From assembly GCA_965214975.1 (NCBI GenBank), contig OZ244055.1, positions 598,994-662,993 of the forward strand: a stretch of 64,000 nt of DNA, given 5' to 3'. Shown one piece after another: positions 20,393 through 28,897 of the stretch. The notes under the pieces were generated by a model that saw only the letters and a list, made by a program, of their open reading frames with translations, had not been told where the DNA came from and did not search any database. This stretch comes from Alphaproteobacteria bacterium (GTDB taxonomy: Bacteria; Pseudomonadota; Alphaproteobacteria; MPNO01; UBA830). The position numbers and the translations under genes were made by a program. Position 1 is the stretch's first letter. Each line of letters begins with the position of its first letter.

Positions 20393-22030
20393 ATGACTGG
20401 CGCCGCGCGGATGACCGGAGGCGCGGCGATCGTCGACGCGCTCGCGCGGCACGGCGTCGAGGTCGCGTTCGGCATCCCCGGCGTTCAGCTCGACCCCTTG
20501 TTCGCCGCCCTTCACGACGCCCGCGACCGCATCCGGATCGTCCACACGCGCCACGAGCAGGGGGCTGGGTACATGGCGCTCGGCTACGCCATGGCGACGG
20601 GCAGGCCGGGAACCGCGATCGTGGTTCCCGGGCCGGGCCTCCTCAACGCCTCGTCCGCGATCGCCACCGGCTACGCCGTCAACGCGCCGCTTCTGTGCGT
20701 TGCCGGGCAGATCCCCTCGCGCCTGATCGGCAGGGGAACGGGGCAGCTTCACGAGATTCCCGACCAGCTCGCTCTCGCCAGGGGGCTGACCAAGTGGGCC
20801 GCCCGCATGGACGCCCCGGGCGACGCCCCGGCGGTCGTCGGAGAGGCCTTCCGCCGCCTCGCCGGCGGACGCCGCCGTCCGGTGGTCGTCGAGATGGCGA
20901 TGGACGTGATGGCGGCCGAGGGCGAGGTGCGGCCCCTCGACCCCGCGCCGGCGGAGGCGCCTCCGGCGCCGGATCCGGATTCCGTCGAAGCCGCCGCGAG
21001 ACTCCTCGGCTCCGCCGAAAGGCCGCTCATCGTCGCCGGAGGCGGCGCCGTCGATGCCGGCGAGGGACTGGTCCTGCTCGCGGAGATGCTGCAGGCTCCG
21101 GTGGTCCTGACCCGGGGCGCTCTCGGAACGGTGAGCGCCCGCCATCCCCTGGCCTTCACGCCGCCGTTCGGCCATCGGCTGTGGCGGGACGCGGATGCCG
21201 TGCTCGGAGTCGGGACGCGGCTGGTGCCGATGATCCCGGGCTGGGGAGTCGACGACGCGCTGAAGGTGGTCCGTCTCGACATCGATGCGGCGGAGCTGTC
21301 CCGGAACCGCGCGCCGGATGCGGCGATTCACGCCGATGCGGCAGCCGGGCTGGCCGCGCTTCTCGAAACGCTGCCGGCGCACAACGCGGTCCGCGGCTCC
21401 CGCGCCGAGGAGCTTGCGGAGGTCAGGGCCGCCCTCGACGCCGAGTTCGCGAAGCTCGATCCGCAGGTGCCGATCCTCCGCGCCATCCGCCGGGCGCTTC
21501 CCGAGGACGGGATCTTCGTCGAGGAGCTGACGCAGCCGGGGTACGTCGCGAGGCTGGTCTTTCCGGTCTACGAGCCGCGCACCTACATCCATCCCGGATA
21601 CCAGGGGACGCTGGGCTACGCCGCCCCCACCGCGATGGGCGCGAAGGTGGGGCGTCCGGACCGCAAGGTGCTGGCGATTTCGGGGGACGGCGGCTTCATG
21701 TTCAACGTCCAGGAACTGGCGACCGCCGCGCAGCACGGCATCGACGTCGTGCTGGTGGTCTTCAACGACGGCGCCTACGGCAACGTCAAGCGTTTCCAGC
21801 GGCAGCTGTTCGGCGGCAGGGAGATCGCCGTCGATCTGAGGAATCCGGATTTCATGAAACTCGCCGAGGCGTTCGGCATCCAGGGGCTTCGCGCCCGCAC
21901 GCCGGGCGAACTGGAGCGGGCCATCGTCGAGGGCTTCGGCACCGCGGGACCGACGCTGATCGAGTATCCGATCGGGGAGGTTCCGGATCCGTGGCATCTG
22001 GTCCAGCCCGGAAAGGTGCGTGGAACCTGA
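20393..22030 (+). CDS. Thiamine-pyrophosphate-dependent enzyme (acetolactate synthase / benzoylformate decarboxylase family).
   Basis: 545 aa with the N-terminal Pyr domain (AIVDALARHGVEVAFGIPG...), the central domain, and the C-terminal PP domain (LAISGDGGFMFNVQELATA...NDGAYG). Confidence 0.85.
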   Translation: MTGAARMTGGAAIVDALARHGVEVAFGIPGVQLDPLFAALHDARDRIRIVHTRHEQGAGYMALGYAMATGRPGTAIVVPGPGLLNASSAIATGYAVNAPLLCVAGQIPSRLIGRGTGQLHEIPDQLALARGLTKWAARMDAPGDAPAVVGEAFRRLAGGRRRPVVVEMAMDVMAAEGEVRPLDPAPAEAPPAPDPDSVEAAARLLGSAERPLIVAGGGAVDAGEGLVLLAEMLQAPVVLTRGALGTVSARHPLAFTPPFGHRLWRDADAVLGVGTRLVPMIPGWGVDDALKVVRLDIDAAELSRNRAPDAAIHADAAAGLAALLETLPAHNAVRGSRAEELAEVRAALDAEFAKLDPQVPILRAIRRALPEDGIFVEELTQPGYVARLVFPVYEPRTYIHPGYQGTLGYAAPTAMGAKVGRPDRKVLAISGDGGFMFNVQELATAAQHGIDVVLVVFNDGAYGNVKRFQRQLFGGREIAVDLRNPDFMKLAEAFGIQGLRARTPGELERAIVEGFGTAGPTLIEYPIGEVPDPWHLVQPGKVRGT

Positions 22031-22290
22031 TTCCGCCGGGCGGCGGGACGGGGGTCGCCGGAGCCCGGAGCGTCAGGGCGACCGCCGGGCCGCCGCAGCC
22101 GGCGCGGGGCTCGCGGATCCGGGCGCCGCGGGCGGAGTCGGGTTCGACCGCGACAGCTCCGGGACGGCGAGGCGGCCTCGGCAACGCTGCCGCAGAGGGC
22201 GCCGACACCCGGGCGACACCTCCCGTCGATATTCTCTTCCGCGCCGCCCCGCTCACCTGCCCTCGAAAGGATTGAGCAGCTTGACTCATC
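20568..22290. repeat. Direct repeat copy 1 (~1.72 kb), near-identical to 24570-26285.
   Basis: Direct comparison of the two stretches: only a handful of substitutions (giving A/T, V/I, E/G, G/D, K/R protein differences) and one 1-nt indel near 22262. Copy 1 ends at ...gcagcttgac, immediately followed by the AT-richer IS left end. Confidence 0.9.
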
Positions 22291-22477
22291 TTCGACAGTT
22301 CGAGGGCTGACTTGACGCTCCCGGGACGGGGAAGTCCTGCATTTCAGGGCTTTTCCGCCCCGTCCCGGTGCCGGATTCCAGAAAAAGTGGTGCCACCCTG
22401 CGCTTGAAAGATTCGGACAATACACAATTTTAATGCTCCCTTTCGTGAGAACACTTGGCAGGATGAGTGGTGTCCCA

Positions 22478-23361
22478 ATGGAGGCCACCATGTTCTGCCG
22501 CACCAAGGTCAGCGGTTCCAACACGTACCTCCGGATCGTCGAGAACCGCCGCGAGGGCGGGAAAGTCCGCCAGCGCGTCATCGCGACCCTCGGGCGCCTC
22601 GACCATCTCCAGGCCAGCGGCGCCCTCGACCGCCTGCTCCAGTCCGCCTGCCGCTTCTCCGAACAGCTCGTCGCGCTCGCCGCGCGGCCCGGCGACGGCA
22701 ACGGCGAGGACGGTGCCGTCGTACGCCATGTCGGACTCGCGCTGGCGTTCGAAAGCCTGTGGCGTGCCAGCGGCTGCCGGGAGATCGCGCGGGAGCCGCT
22801 TGGCGGGCGGCGCTTCCGGTTCGACGTCGAGCGCGCGGTCTTCGCCAGCGTGCTCCACCGCATCATGGTCTCGGGCTCCGTCCGCGCGGCCCGCGCGTGG
22901 ATGCGCGACCAGGCCATCGACGGGACGGCGGGGCTCGACCTCCAGCACCCGTGCCGGGCGATGGCGTGGCTGGGAGAGGCGCTGCCGGACGCCGGCCAGC
23001 GTCACTCCACCCATGCGCCGCGCTGCGTGAAGGACGTGTTCGAGGAGGCGCTATTCGCGCGCGAGCGGGATCTGTTCACCGGGCTCGACCTGGTGTTCTT
23101 CGACACCACGTCGCCGCACTTCACCGGCCGGGGCGGCGAGACGATCGGACGCCGCGGGCGCTCGAAGGACCGCCGTGCCGCCAGATGGTTCCGGGGCTGG
23201 TGCTGGATCGGGACGGACGTCCGGTCAGGGCGCGAAAAAGAGCTCGATGGCCTCGTCGCCGCCGCCCACAACGCGATGGCCGAGACCATGAACGAAGGCC
23301 CGGCGTGAGCGATTCCTTTGCCGGATTGCGTGAGCACGGCATCCCGACTATCAAGCCATGA
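22478..23361 (+). pseudogene. IS1634-family transposase, frameshifted and 3'-truncated.
   Basis: MEATMFCRTKVSGSNTYLRIVENRREGGKVRQRVIATLGRLD matches the IS1634/ISNCY-type transposase N-terminus. The conserved SKDHRPDLKQ...GL..DRDG.P segment is split between frame 22433 (GRSKDRRAAR) and frame 22759 (QMVPGLVLDRDGRPV), which indicates a frameshift near 23150-23200. The reading frame stops at 23361 at about half the expected length. Confidence 0.7.
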
Positions 23362-23438
23362 CAGTGCGCCTGCCCTTCGGGCGCGACCTTGTCCTGCGGA
23401 CGGCTTCCAGTTTCGAGCCGTGGACCGATGGCGGAGCT

Positions 23439-24323
23439 TCCATGGCTTGGCTGTTCTTCATCGACGAGAGCGGGCACGACCACAAGCACATGCCCTACGA
23501 GGTGCGCGGCGGCTTCGCGATCCATGTGAGCCAACTCTGGCCGTTCGTGCAGGCGATGCAGGATTTGGAGACCGATTGCTTCGGTTGCCGGCTCGGCGAT
23601 GTTGGCAAGGAGATCAAGGGCTCGACCCTGATCGACCGCAAACGCTTTGCGTTTGCGGTCCAAGGCGAGCCGTTTCCCGACCGGGAGCGGCGGGAACTCT
23701 GCCGATCCTTTCTCGCGCAGAGCCGCACCGGAAACACGCCGGGGCGGGACATGTTCACCGCCTACGGCCAGGCCTGCCTGCGCATGGCTCGGGAAATCAT
23801 CGCGCTTCTGAAGCGAAGCGGCGCCGTCCTGATGGCAGCCGCCATCCCGCGCGGCATCGCAAGGCCGCGGGACACCCGGTTCAACGATTATCTACGCAAG
23901 GACGTGGTGTTCCTGTTCGAGCGGTTCTTCTATTTCCTGGAGAGGAAGCGGGAGCACGGCGTGCTGGTCATGGACGAGACCGACAAGCGGGAGGACCGCC
24001 GCTTCGTCGTCAGAATGGAGAGGTATTTCACGCGAACAGCCACGGGACGGTACCGGACGGCGTGGATCGTGCCGACGCCGTTCTTCGTCTCATCTGACAT
24101 GGCCCGCGCCGTGCAGGCAGCGGATCTGTGCATCTACGCCGTCAACTGGGGCTTCCGCTTACCCGGTCGGGGCATGGACGCGCCGCGCCGTGACGAGATC
24201 GCCGAGATGTTCGGGGCGGATCTGGCCGATCTCCAGTATCGCGGCCAGGGTGTCCGCGACGGTCGAGTGTTCGACAGCTATGGGATCATCTATGTCCCCG
24301 ATCCCTACGATTCACGAGCCTGA
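23439..24323 (+). CDS. DUF3800-like protein.
   Basis: MAWLFFIDESGH (the N-terminal h-h-DESG motif) and a C-terminal SSDMARAVQAADLCIYA (the conserved Q..AD motif), in a ~294-aa product. Its GC is lower than neighbouring genes. I chose the internal ATG at 23439 because the protein family begins at the DESG motif. Confidence 0.6.
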   Translation, partial: SMAWLFFIDESGHDHKHMPYEVRGGFAIHVSQLWPFVQAMQDLETDCFGCRLGDVGKEIKGSTLIDRKRFAFAVQGEPFPDRERRELCRSFLAQSRTGNTPGRDMFTAYGQACLRMAREIIALLKRSGAVLMAAAIPRGIARPRDTRFNDYLRKDVVFLFERFFYFLERKREHGVLVMDETDKREDRRFVVRMERYFTRTATGRYRTAWIVPTPFFVSSDMARAVQAADLCIYAVNWGFRLPGRGMDAPRRDEIAEMFGADLADLQYRGQGVRDGRVFDSYGIIYVPDPYDSRA

Positions 24324-24569
24324 TCACCAAAGGCGAAGCGTGAAAAAGGAGGTAACGCCCCGTCGCTCAATCCCGCGCACCGAGGTGGCGAGTTTCATAC
24401 GGGGCCGAACCTCCACGGGCGAATGTGGCCCGCAATCCGGCGAAAGTCAAGCTTCTGTCCTGGTTCAGGACATATGAGTCGGCGGAGGTTCTTCGGCTGT
24501 CAGGTTGGCAAGGTAGTCTGCGGGGGTTCGTCCGCCAAGGGCTTGGTGCGGTCAGAAGGCGTTGAACTC

Positions 24570-26285
24570 GGTACATGGCGCTCGGCTACGCCATGGCGAC
24601 GGGCAGGCCGGGAACCGCGATCGTGGTTCCCGGGCCGGGCCTCCTCAACGCCTCGTCCGCGATCGCCACCGGCTACACGGTCAACGCGCCGCTTCTGTGC
24701 GTTGCCGGGCAGATCCCCTCGCGCCTGATCGGCAGGGGGACGGGACAGCTTCACGAGATTCCCGACCAGCTCGCTCTCGCCAGGGGGCTGACCAAGTGGG
24801 CCGCCCGCATGGACGCCCCGGGCGACGCCCCGGCGATCGTCGGAGAGGCCTTCCGCCGCCTCGCCGGCGGACGCCGCCGTCCGGTGGTCGTCGAGATGGC
24901 GATGGACGTGATGGCGGCCGAGGGCGAGGTGCGGCCCCTCGACCCCGCGCCGGCGGAGGCGCCTCCGGCGCCGGATCCGGATTCCGTCGAAGCCGCCGCG
25001 AGACTCCTCGGCTCCGCCGAAAGGCCGCTCATCGTCGCCGGAGGCGGCGCCGTCGATGCCGGCGAGGGACTGGTCCTGCTCGCGGAGATGCTGCAGGCTC
25101 CGGTGGTCCTGACCCGGGGCGCTCTCGGAACGGTGAGCGCCCGCCATCCCCTGGCCTTCACGCCGCCGTTCGGCCATCGGCTGTGGCGGGACGCGGATGC
25201 CGTGCTCGGAGTCGGGACGCGGCTGGTGCCGATGATCCCGGGCTGGGGAGTCGACGACGCGCTGAAGGTGGTCCGTCTCGACATCGATGCGGCGGAGCTG
25301 TCCCGGAACCGCGCGCCGGATGCGGCGATTCACGCCGATGCGGCGGCCGGGCTGGCCGCGCTTCTCGAAACGCTGCCGGCGCACAACGCGGTCCGCGGCT
25401 CCCGCGCCGGGGAGCTTGCGGAGGTCAGGGCCGCCCTCGACGCCGAGTTCGCGAAGCTCGATCCGCAGGTGCCGATCCTCCGCGCCATCCGCCGGGCGCT
25501 TCCCGAGGACGGGATCTTCGTCGAGGAGCTGACGCAGCCGGGGTACGTCGCGAGGCTGGTCTTTCCGGTCTACGAGCCGCGCACCTACATCCATCCCGGA
25601 TACCAGGGGACGCTGGGCTACGCCGCCCCCACCGCGATGGGCGCGAAGGTGGGGCGTCCGGACCGCAAGGTGCTGGCGATTTCGGGGGACGGCGGCTTCA
25701 TGTTCAACGTCCAGGAGCTGGCGACCGCCGCGCAGCACGGCATCGACGTCGTGCTGGTGGTCTTCAACGACGGCGCCTACGGCAACGTCAAGCGTTTCCA
25801 GCGGCAGCTGTTCGGCGGCAGGGAGATCGCCGTCGATCTGAGGAATCCGGATTTCATGAAACTCGCCGAGGCGTTCGGCATCCAGGGGCTTCGCGCCCGC
25901 ACGCCGGACGAACTCGAGCGGGCCGTCGCCGAGGGTTTCGGAACCGCGGGACCGACGCTGATCGAGTATCCGATCGGGGAGGTTCCGGATCCGTGGCATC
26001 TGGTCCAGCCCGGAAGGGTCCGCGGAACCTGATTCCGCCGGGCGGCGGGACGGGGGTCGCCGGAGCCCGGAGCGTCAGGGCGACCGCCGGGCCGCCGCAG
26101 CCGGCGCGGGGCTCGCGGATCTGGGCGCCGCGGGCGGAGTCGGGTTCGACCGCGACGGCTCCGGGACGGCGAGGCGGCCTCGGCAACGCTGCCGCAGAGG
26201 GCGCCGACACCCGGGCGACACCTCCCGTCGATATTCTCTTCCGCGCCGCCCCGCTCACCGCCCTCGAACGGATTGAGCAGCTTGA
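24570..26285. repeat. Direct repeat copy 2 (~1.72 kb).
   Basis: It starts at ggtacatggcgctcggctacgcc and matches 20568-22290. It ends at ...gcagcttgac, followed by an 18-bp tandem duplication (ttgacatcgagtttccgg twice) and then unique vapC sequence. Confidence 0.9.
24575..26032 (+). pseudogene. N-terminally truncated duplicate of the TPP-dependent enzyme gene (codons 61-545 only).
   Basis: MALGYAMATGRPGTAIVVPG... is identical to residues 61 onward of the 20393..22030 product apart from five substitutions. It lacks the first 60 codons (the start of the Pyr domain) and any native upstream region. An ATG exists at the internal Met, so expression cannot be excluded. Confidence 0.6.
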
Positions 26286-26679
26286 CATCGAGTTTCCGGT
26301 TGACATCGAGTTTCCGGAAGTCCCGAACGTTCCGCGTCGCGACCGTCAACCGGTGGACTCTCGCAGTGGCTGCGATCATGGCGTCCTCGAGCAGGGTATC
26401 CGACTTGCGGTGCTTGAGACGCGCCCACTCCCGGAAAGACGCCGTGTCCATCGCAAGGATGCCGTAGCTGTCGACTATCCGGTCGAGCCAGAACGCGAGT
26501 TCTTCCGCCTTCGCCACGTCCTGCTTGCGCGTCGCTTCGATACCGGCCTGGATTTCGCCGACCGTGACGGCCGACAGGAACAGTCGATCGGCGGGAACCC
26601 CTTCGATCCACTTCAAAACCCTCTTGTGGGGCCGGGGACGGCGGAGCTCCGGGACGACGTTGGTGTCCAACAGGTACAC
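25777..26679 (-). CDS. vapC: PIN-domain toxin VapC, with an aberrant C-terminal read-through. The PIN core is about 26270..26679.
   Basis: MYLLDTNVVPELRRPRPH...LSAVTVGEIQAGIE...TRNVRDFRKLDV is a VapC PIN domain with a GTG start. The expected end KLLNPFEGR* is replaced by RKLDVN-RKLDV (an 18-bp tandem duplication) and a 1-nt indel that removes the stop. The ORF therefore runs ~165 extra codons into the antisense of repeat copy 2. Confidence 0.65.
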   Translation of the reverse strand: MYLLDTNVVPELRRPRPHKRVLKWIEGVPADRLFLSAVTVGEIQAGIEATRKQDVAKAEELAFWLDRIVDSYGILAMDTASFREWARLKHRKSDTLLEDAMIAATARVHRLTVATRNVRDFRKLDVNRKLDVKLLNPFEGGERGGAEENIDGRCRPGVGALCGSVAEAASPSRSRRGRTRLRPRRPDPRAPRRLRRPGGRPDAPGSGDPRPAARRNQVPRTLPGWTRCHGSGTSPIGYSISVGPAVPKPSATARSSSSGVRARSPWMPNASASFMKSGFLRSTAISLPPNSCRWKRLTLP

Positions 26680-26686
26680 CGCCGTC

Positions 26687-26947
26687 CTATTCGAGGGCTG
26701 ATGCCGGACGGGAACGGTGCTGCGAGCGAGGCGGCGCGAGCGCCTCGATGCGGGGTTCCGGCGCGAGCAGCATCTCCTTCAGATCAGGTTGCGCTGTTTC
26801 CCGCAACCTCCGCCACTGCCCGATCGGCAACAGCACCGCCGCCTCGACGCCACGCCTGGTCACGATCTGCGGCCCCTCGTTGATGCTCGCTTCAAGGAAC
26901 TCGCCGAATCGGGCCTTCGCTTCCTGCACCTGCCATGACCTGCCCAT
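26687..26947 (-). CDS. Phd/YefM-type antitoxin (VapB partner).
   Basis: MGRSWQVQEAKARFGEFLEASINEGPQIVTRRGVEAAVLLPIGQWRRL is the Phd/YefM fold, 86 aa, ending 8 nt before the vapC start. An alternative ATG lies at 26980. Confidence 0.7.
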   Translation of the reverse strand: MGRSWQVQEAKARFGEFLEASINEGPQIVTRRGVEAAVLLPIGQWRRLRETAQPDLKEMLLAPEPRIEALAPPRSQHRSRPASALE

Positions 26948-27411
26948 GATTTTCTCCGCGTCAAGGTGCTGACCATTCATACAACCCTCCGGGATCGGGT
27001 GCAAGCCGGCGCCGAATCCGCGGAACCGGGGTGCCCGGTCCGAACGCGCCCCAGACTCTTCATTTCGTGCAACTGCCCGGGTGCCCCATCTCCGGTGACG
27101 GCGTGCCGGCAACTGTCGCCACGGAGGCGGCGTCCGCTCGCCTGTTGGCATTACAGCCTTGAGGGTTCAAGGTTCGCTCCGGTGCGGGACAGGAGTGTCC
27201 CACGCTCCCCGATTGCGGCCGATTCCGGTCGATCCGAGCCGCGTCCGGGCGTCGCGGCTGGCGCGCGACGGTCCGTTTCGCGGGTTCGCGGTCTTCTTTC
27301 GGGGCGGGATTCGGGTTCGGAGGCGCCGGATGCCGCTGCCGGCGGACCGGCGGCGTGGCGGCAGCGCCCCGCCTCCCGGATGGCTCTCGATGCAGACGGA
27401 ATGAGGAGGCA

Positions 27412-28758
27412 TCAGCGCAACCGTCGCCTGGCACAGGTCATGCGGGGGCGCGGTCGGTCTCCCACTCGACCAGGAGCTTCTGGACGCCGCGGAACGTGAG
27501 CGTCGGCAGATAGCGCCAGGGCCTGTCCCTCGACCAGCCTCATGTGCGGCAGACGGCGGGTCAGTTCCTCGAGGATGACGCGCATCTCGAGGCGGGCCAG
27601 AGGCGCTCCCATGCAGAAATGCGCCCCGTTCCCGAAGGCGAGATGCCGCTTGGCGTTGGCGCGCCCGACATCGAACGTCCCGCCGTCGGGAAAAACCGCG
27701 TCGTCGCGGTTTCCCGAACCCAGAAGGAGAAGAATCCGGGAGCCGGCCGGAACCGGCGTGCCGGCGATTTCCGCGTCGCGGGTCGCGATGCGCCGCCAGG
27801 TGAATATCGAAGTGTCGAAGCGCAGGATCTCCTCCACGGCGTTCGGGATCAGCCCGGGGTCGTCGCACAGCCTCTCCCATTGCGCACGGTCGCCCAGAAG
27901 GGCTTTCAGGCCGTTGGCCGAGGCCTGGGTCGTCGTCTCGTGCCCGGCGAACTGCATGAGAAACATGACGTTGCGGAGATAGTTGACCGTGAAACGGGAC
28001 GGCTCCTCGCGATGCAGGCGGACCATGTCCCCGAGATAGTTGTCGCCGGGCTCCTCCAGCGCGGCGTCGACCAGTTCCCTGGTGAACGCCCAATGCGCGC
28101 CCATGTCCTTCATCATCTCGACCTGTTCGTCCTCGTCGGGCCTGCCCCAGTTCACGATCGCCCGCGTCGAGCCGAGGCGCTTGACGAGAACGGCGTCGTC
28201 GTCCCGCGCGCCGAGAAAGATGAAGATCGCGAGCGCGGGCACCTCGTAGAGCATCTGGGACACGAGCTCCGCGTGCCCGTCGTCCGCGAACCGGTCGATG
28301 TAGCGGGTCACGATGGCGCGGATGCGGGGCTCGATCTCGTTGACCCGTCTGGGCGTGAACGCGTCGCCGAAAATCTTCCGGTGGGCCAGGTGGGTTCCCG
28401 GCTCCTCGTCGACCAGGGACGGCTCGATGGCGATGTCGAGGCTGTCCCGAACCGCCTCCGCCGCGGGGCAGAGCGGGGTCACCGGGTGGCGGGCGAGCGC
28501 CGGCGAGAAGGTTTCCGGATCGCGGAAGACCGAGACGATGTCCTCGTGCCGCGCGACGACCCAGTAGCCCGTTTCCGGGCTGTAGAAGACCGGCTCCTCG
28601 CGGCGCGCCCGCTCGAAGAAGGGGTAGGGGTCGTTCAAATAGGTCTCGGAGAACGGATGGAAATCGGCGCCGACGGCGCTGGCGGGGCAGCCGTTCCCGG
28701 CCGGCGCGGCATCGTCCGGACTCGACTGGAACATTCCCAGGGTCGTTCGCTCGGGCAT
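27412..28758 (-). CDS. Cytochrome P450, with an apparent frameshift in the last ~30 codons.
   Basis: EXXR (ETTTQ region), the heme loop FGNGAHFCMGAPLARLE, and LPHMRLVEGQ are all present. The ATG is at 28758. The canonical C-terminus WRYLPTLTFRGVQKLLVEWETDRAPA* lies in the +1 frame and ends at 27438, whereas the annotated frame continues with R/P-rich junk to 27412. Confidence 0.8.
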   Translation of the reverse strand: MPERTTLGMFQSSPDDAAPAGNGCPASAVGADFHPFSETYLNDPYPFFERARREEPVFYSPETGYWVVARHEDIVSVFRDPETFSPALARHPVTPLCPAAEAVRDSLDIAIEPSLVDEEPGTHLAHRKIFGDAFTPRRVNEIEPRIRAIVTRYIDRFADDGHAELVSQMLYEVPALAIFIFLGARDDDAVLVKRLGSTRAIVNWGRPDEDEQVEMMKDMGAHWAFTRELVDAALEEPGDNYLGDMVRLHREEPSRFTVNYLRNVMFLMQFAGHETTTQASANGLKALLGDRAQWERLCDDPGLIPNAVEEILRFDTSIFTWRRIATRDAEIAGTPVPAGSRILLLLGSGNRDDAVFPDGGTFDVGRANAKRHLAFGNGAHFCMGAPLARLEMRVILEELTRRLPHMRLVEGQALALSADAHVPRRPEAPGRVGDRPRPRMTCARRRLR

Positions 28759-28897
28759 CGCCGGAAGCCTCTTTCGGTTGCGCTCTCGGGTCGCCGGGCG
28801 CCGCGCCGGTTGCCCTCGCCAGAGTAACCCACTACACAGGCGCCGCAACCGCGGTGGCGGCGGACGGTCCGGGCCCGCTCCGGAGAGAGGAAGGACG

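Larger units (their letters stand above)
22291..24569 (+). mobile_element. Insertion segment: IS1634-family (IS4 superfamily) element remnant with a DUF3800 passenger gene; the right end is ill-defined.
   Basis: The AT-richer left end (22291-22480) carries promoter-like sequence and leads into the transposase N-terminus. GC is ~60% against ~70% background. It lies between the two 1.72-kb direct repeats. Confidence 0.7.

Noticed and set aside
22291-24569. Attempt to define terminal inverted repeats of the inserted element.
   Set aside because: The left end (after ...gcagcttgac) and the reverse complement of the right end share only short strings (agcttgac). The right end appears deleted or rearranged, so no IR pair can be asserted.
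24367-24576. The 69-aa minus-strand ORF between the DUF3800 gene and repeat copy 2.
   Set aside because: No RBS, a low-complexity product, and it overlaps the element boundary. It is probably non-coding.
27187-27206. The shared motif cagga[g/c]tgtcccacgct at 27191-27206 and 60806-60822, both intergenic, with a short palindrome GGGACA-ggag-TGTCCC at the first site.
   Set aside because: A 16/17-nt match is near chance expectation for a 64-kb GC-biased window. There is no third copy and no recognisable regulator-box architecture.
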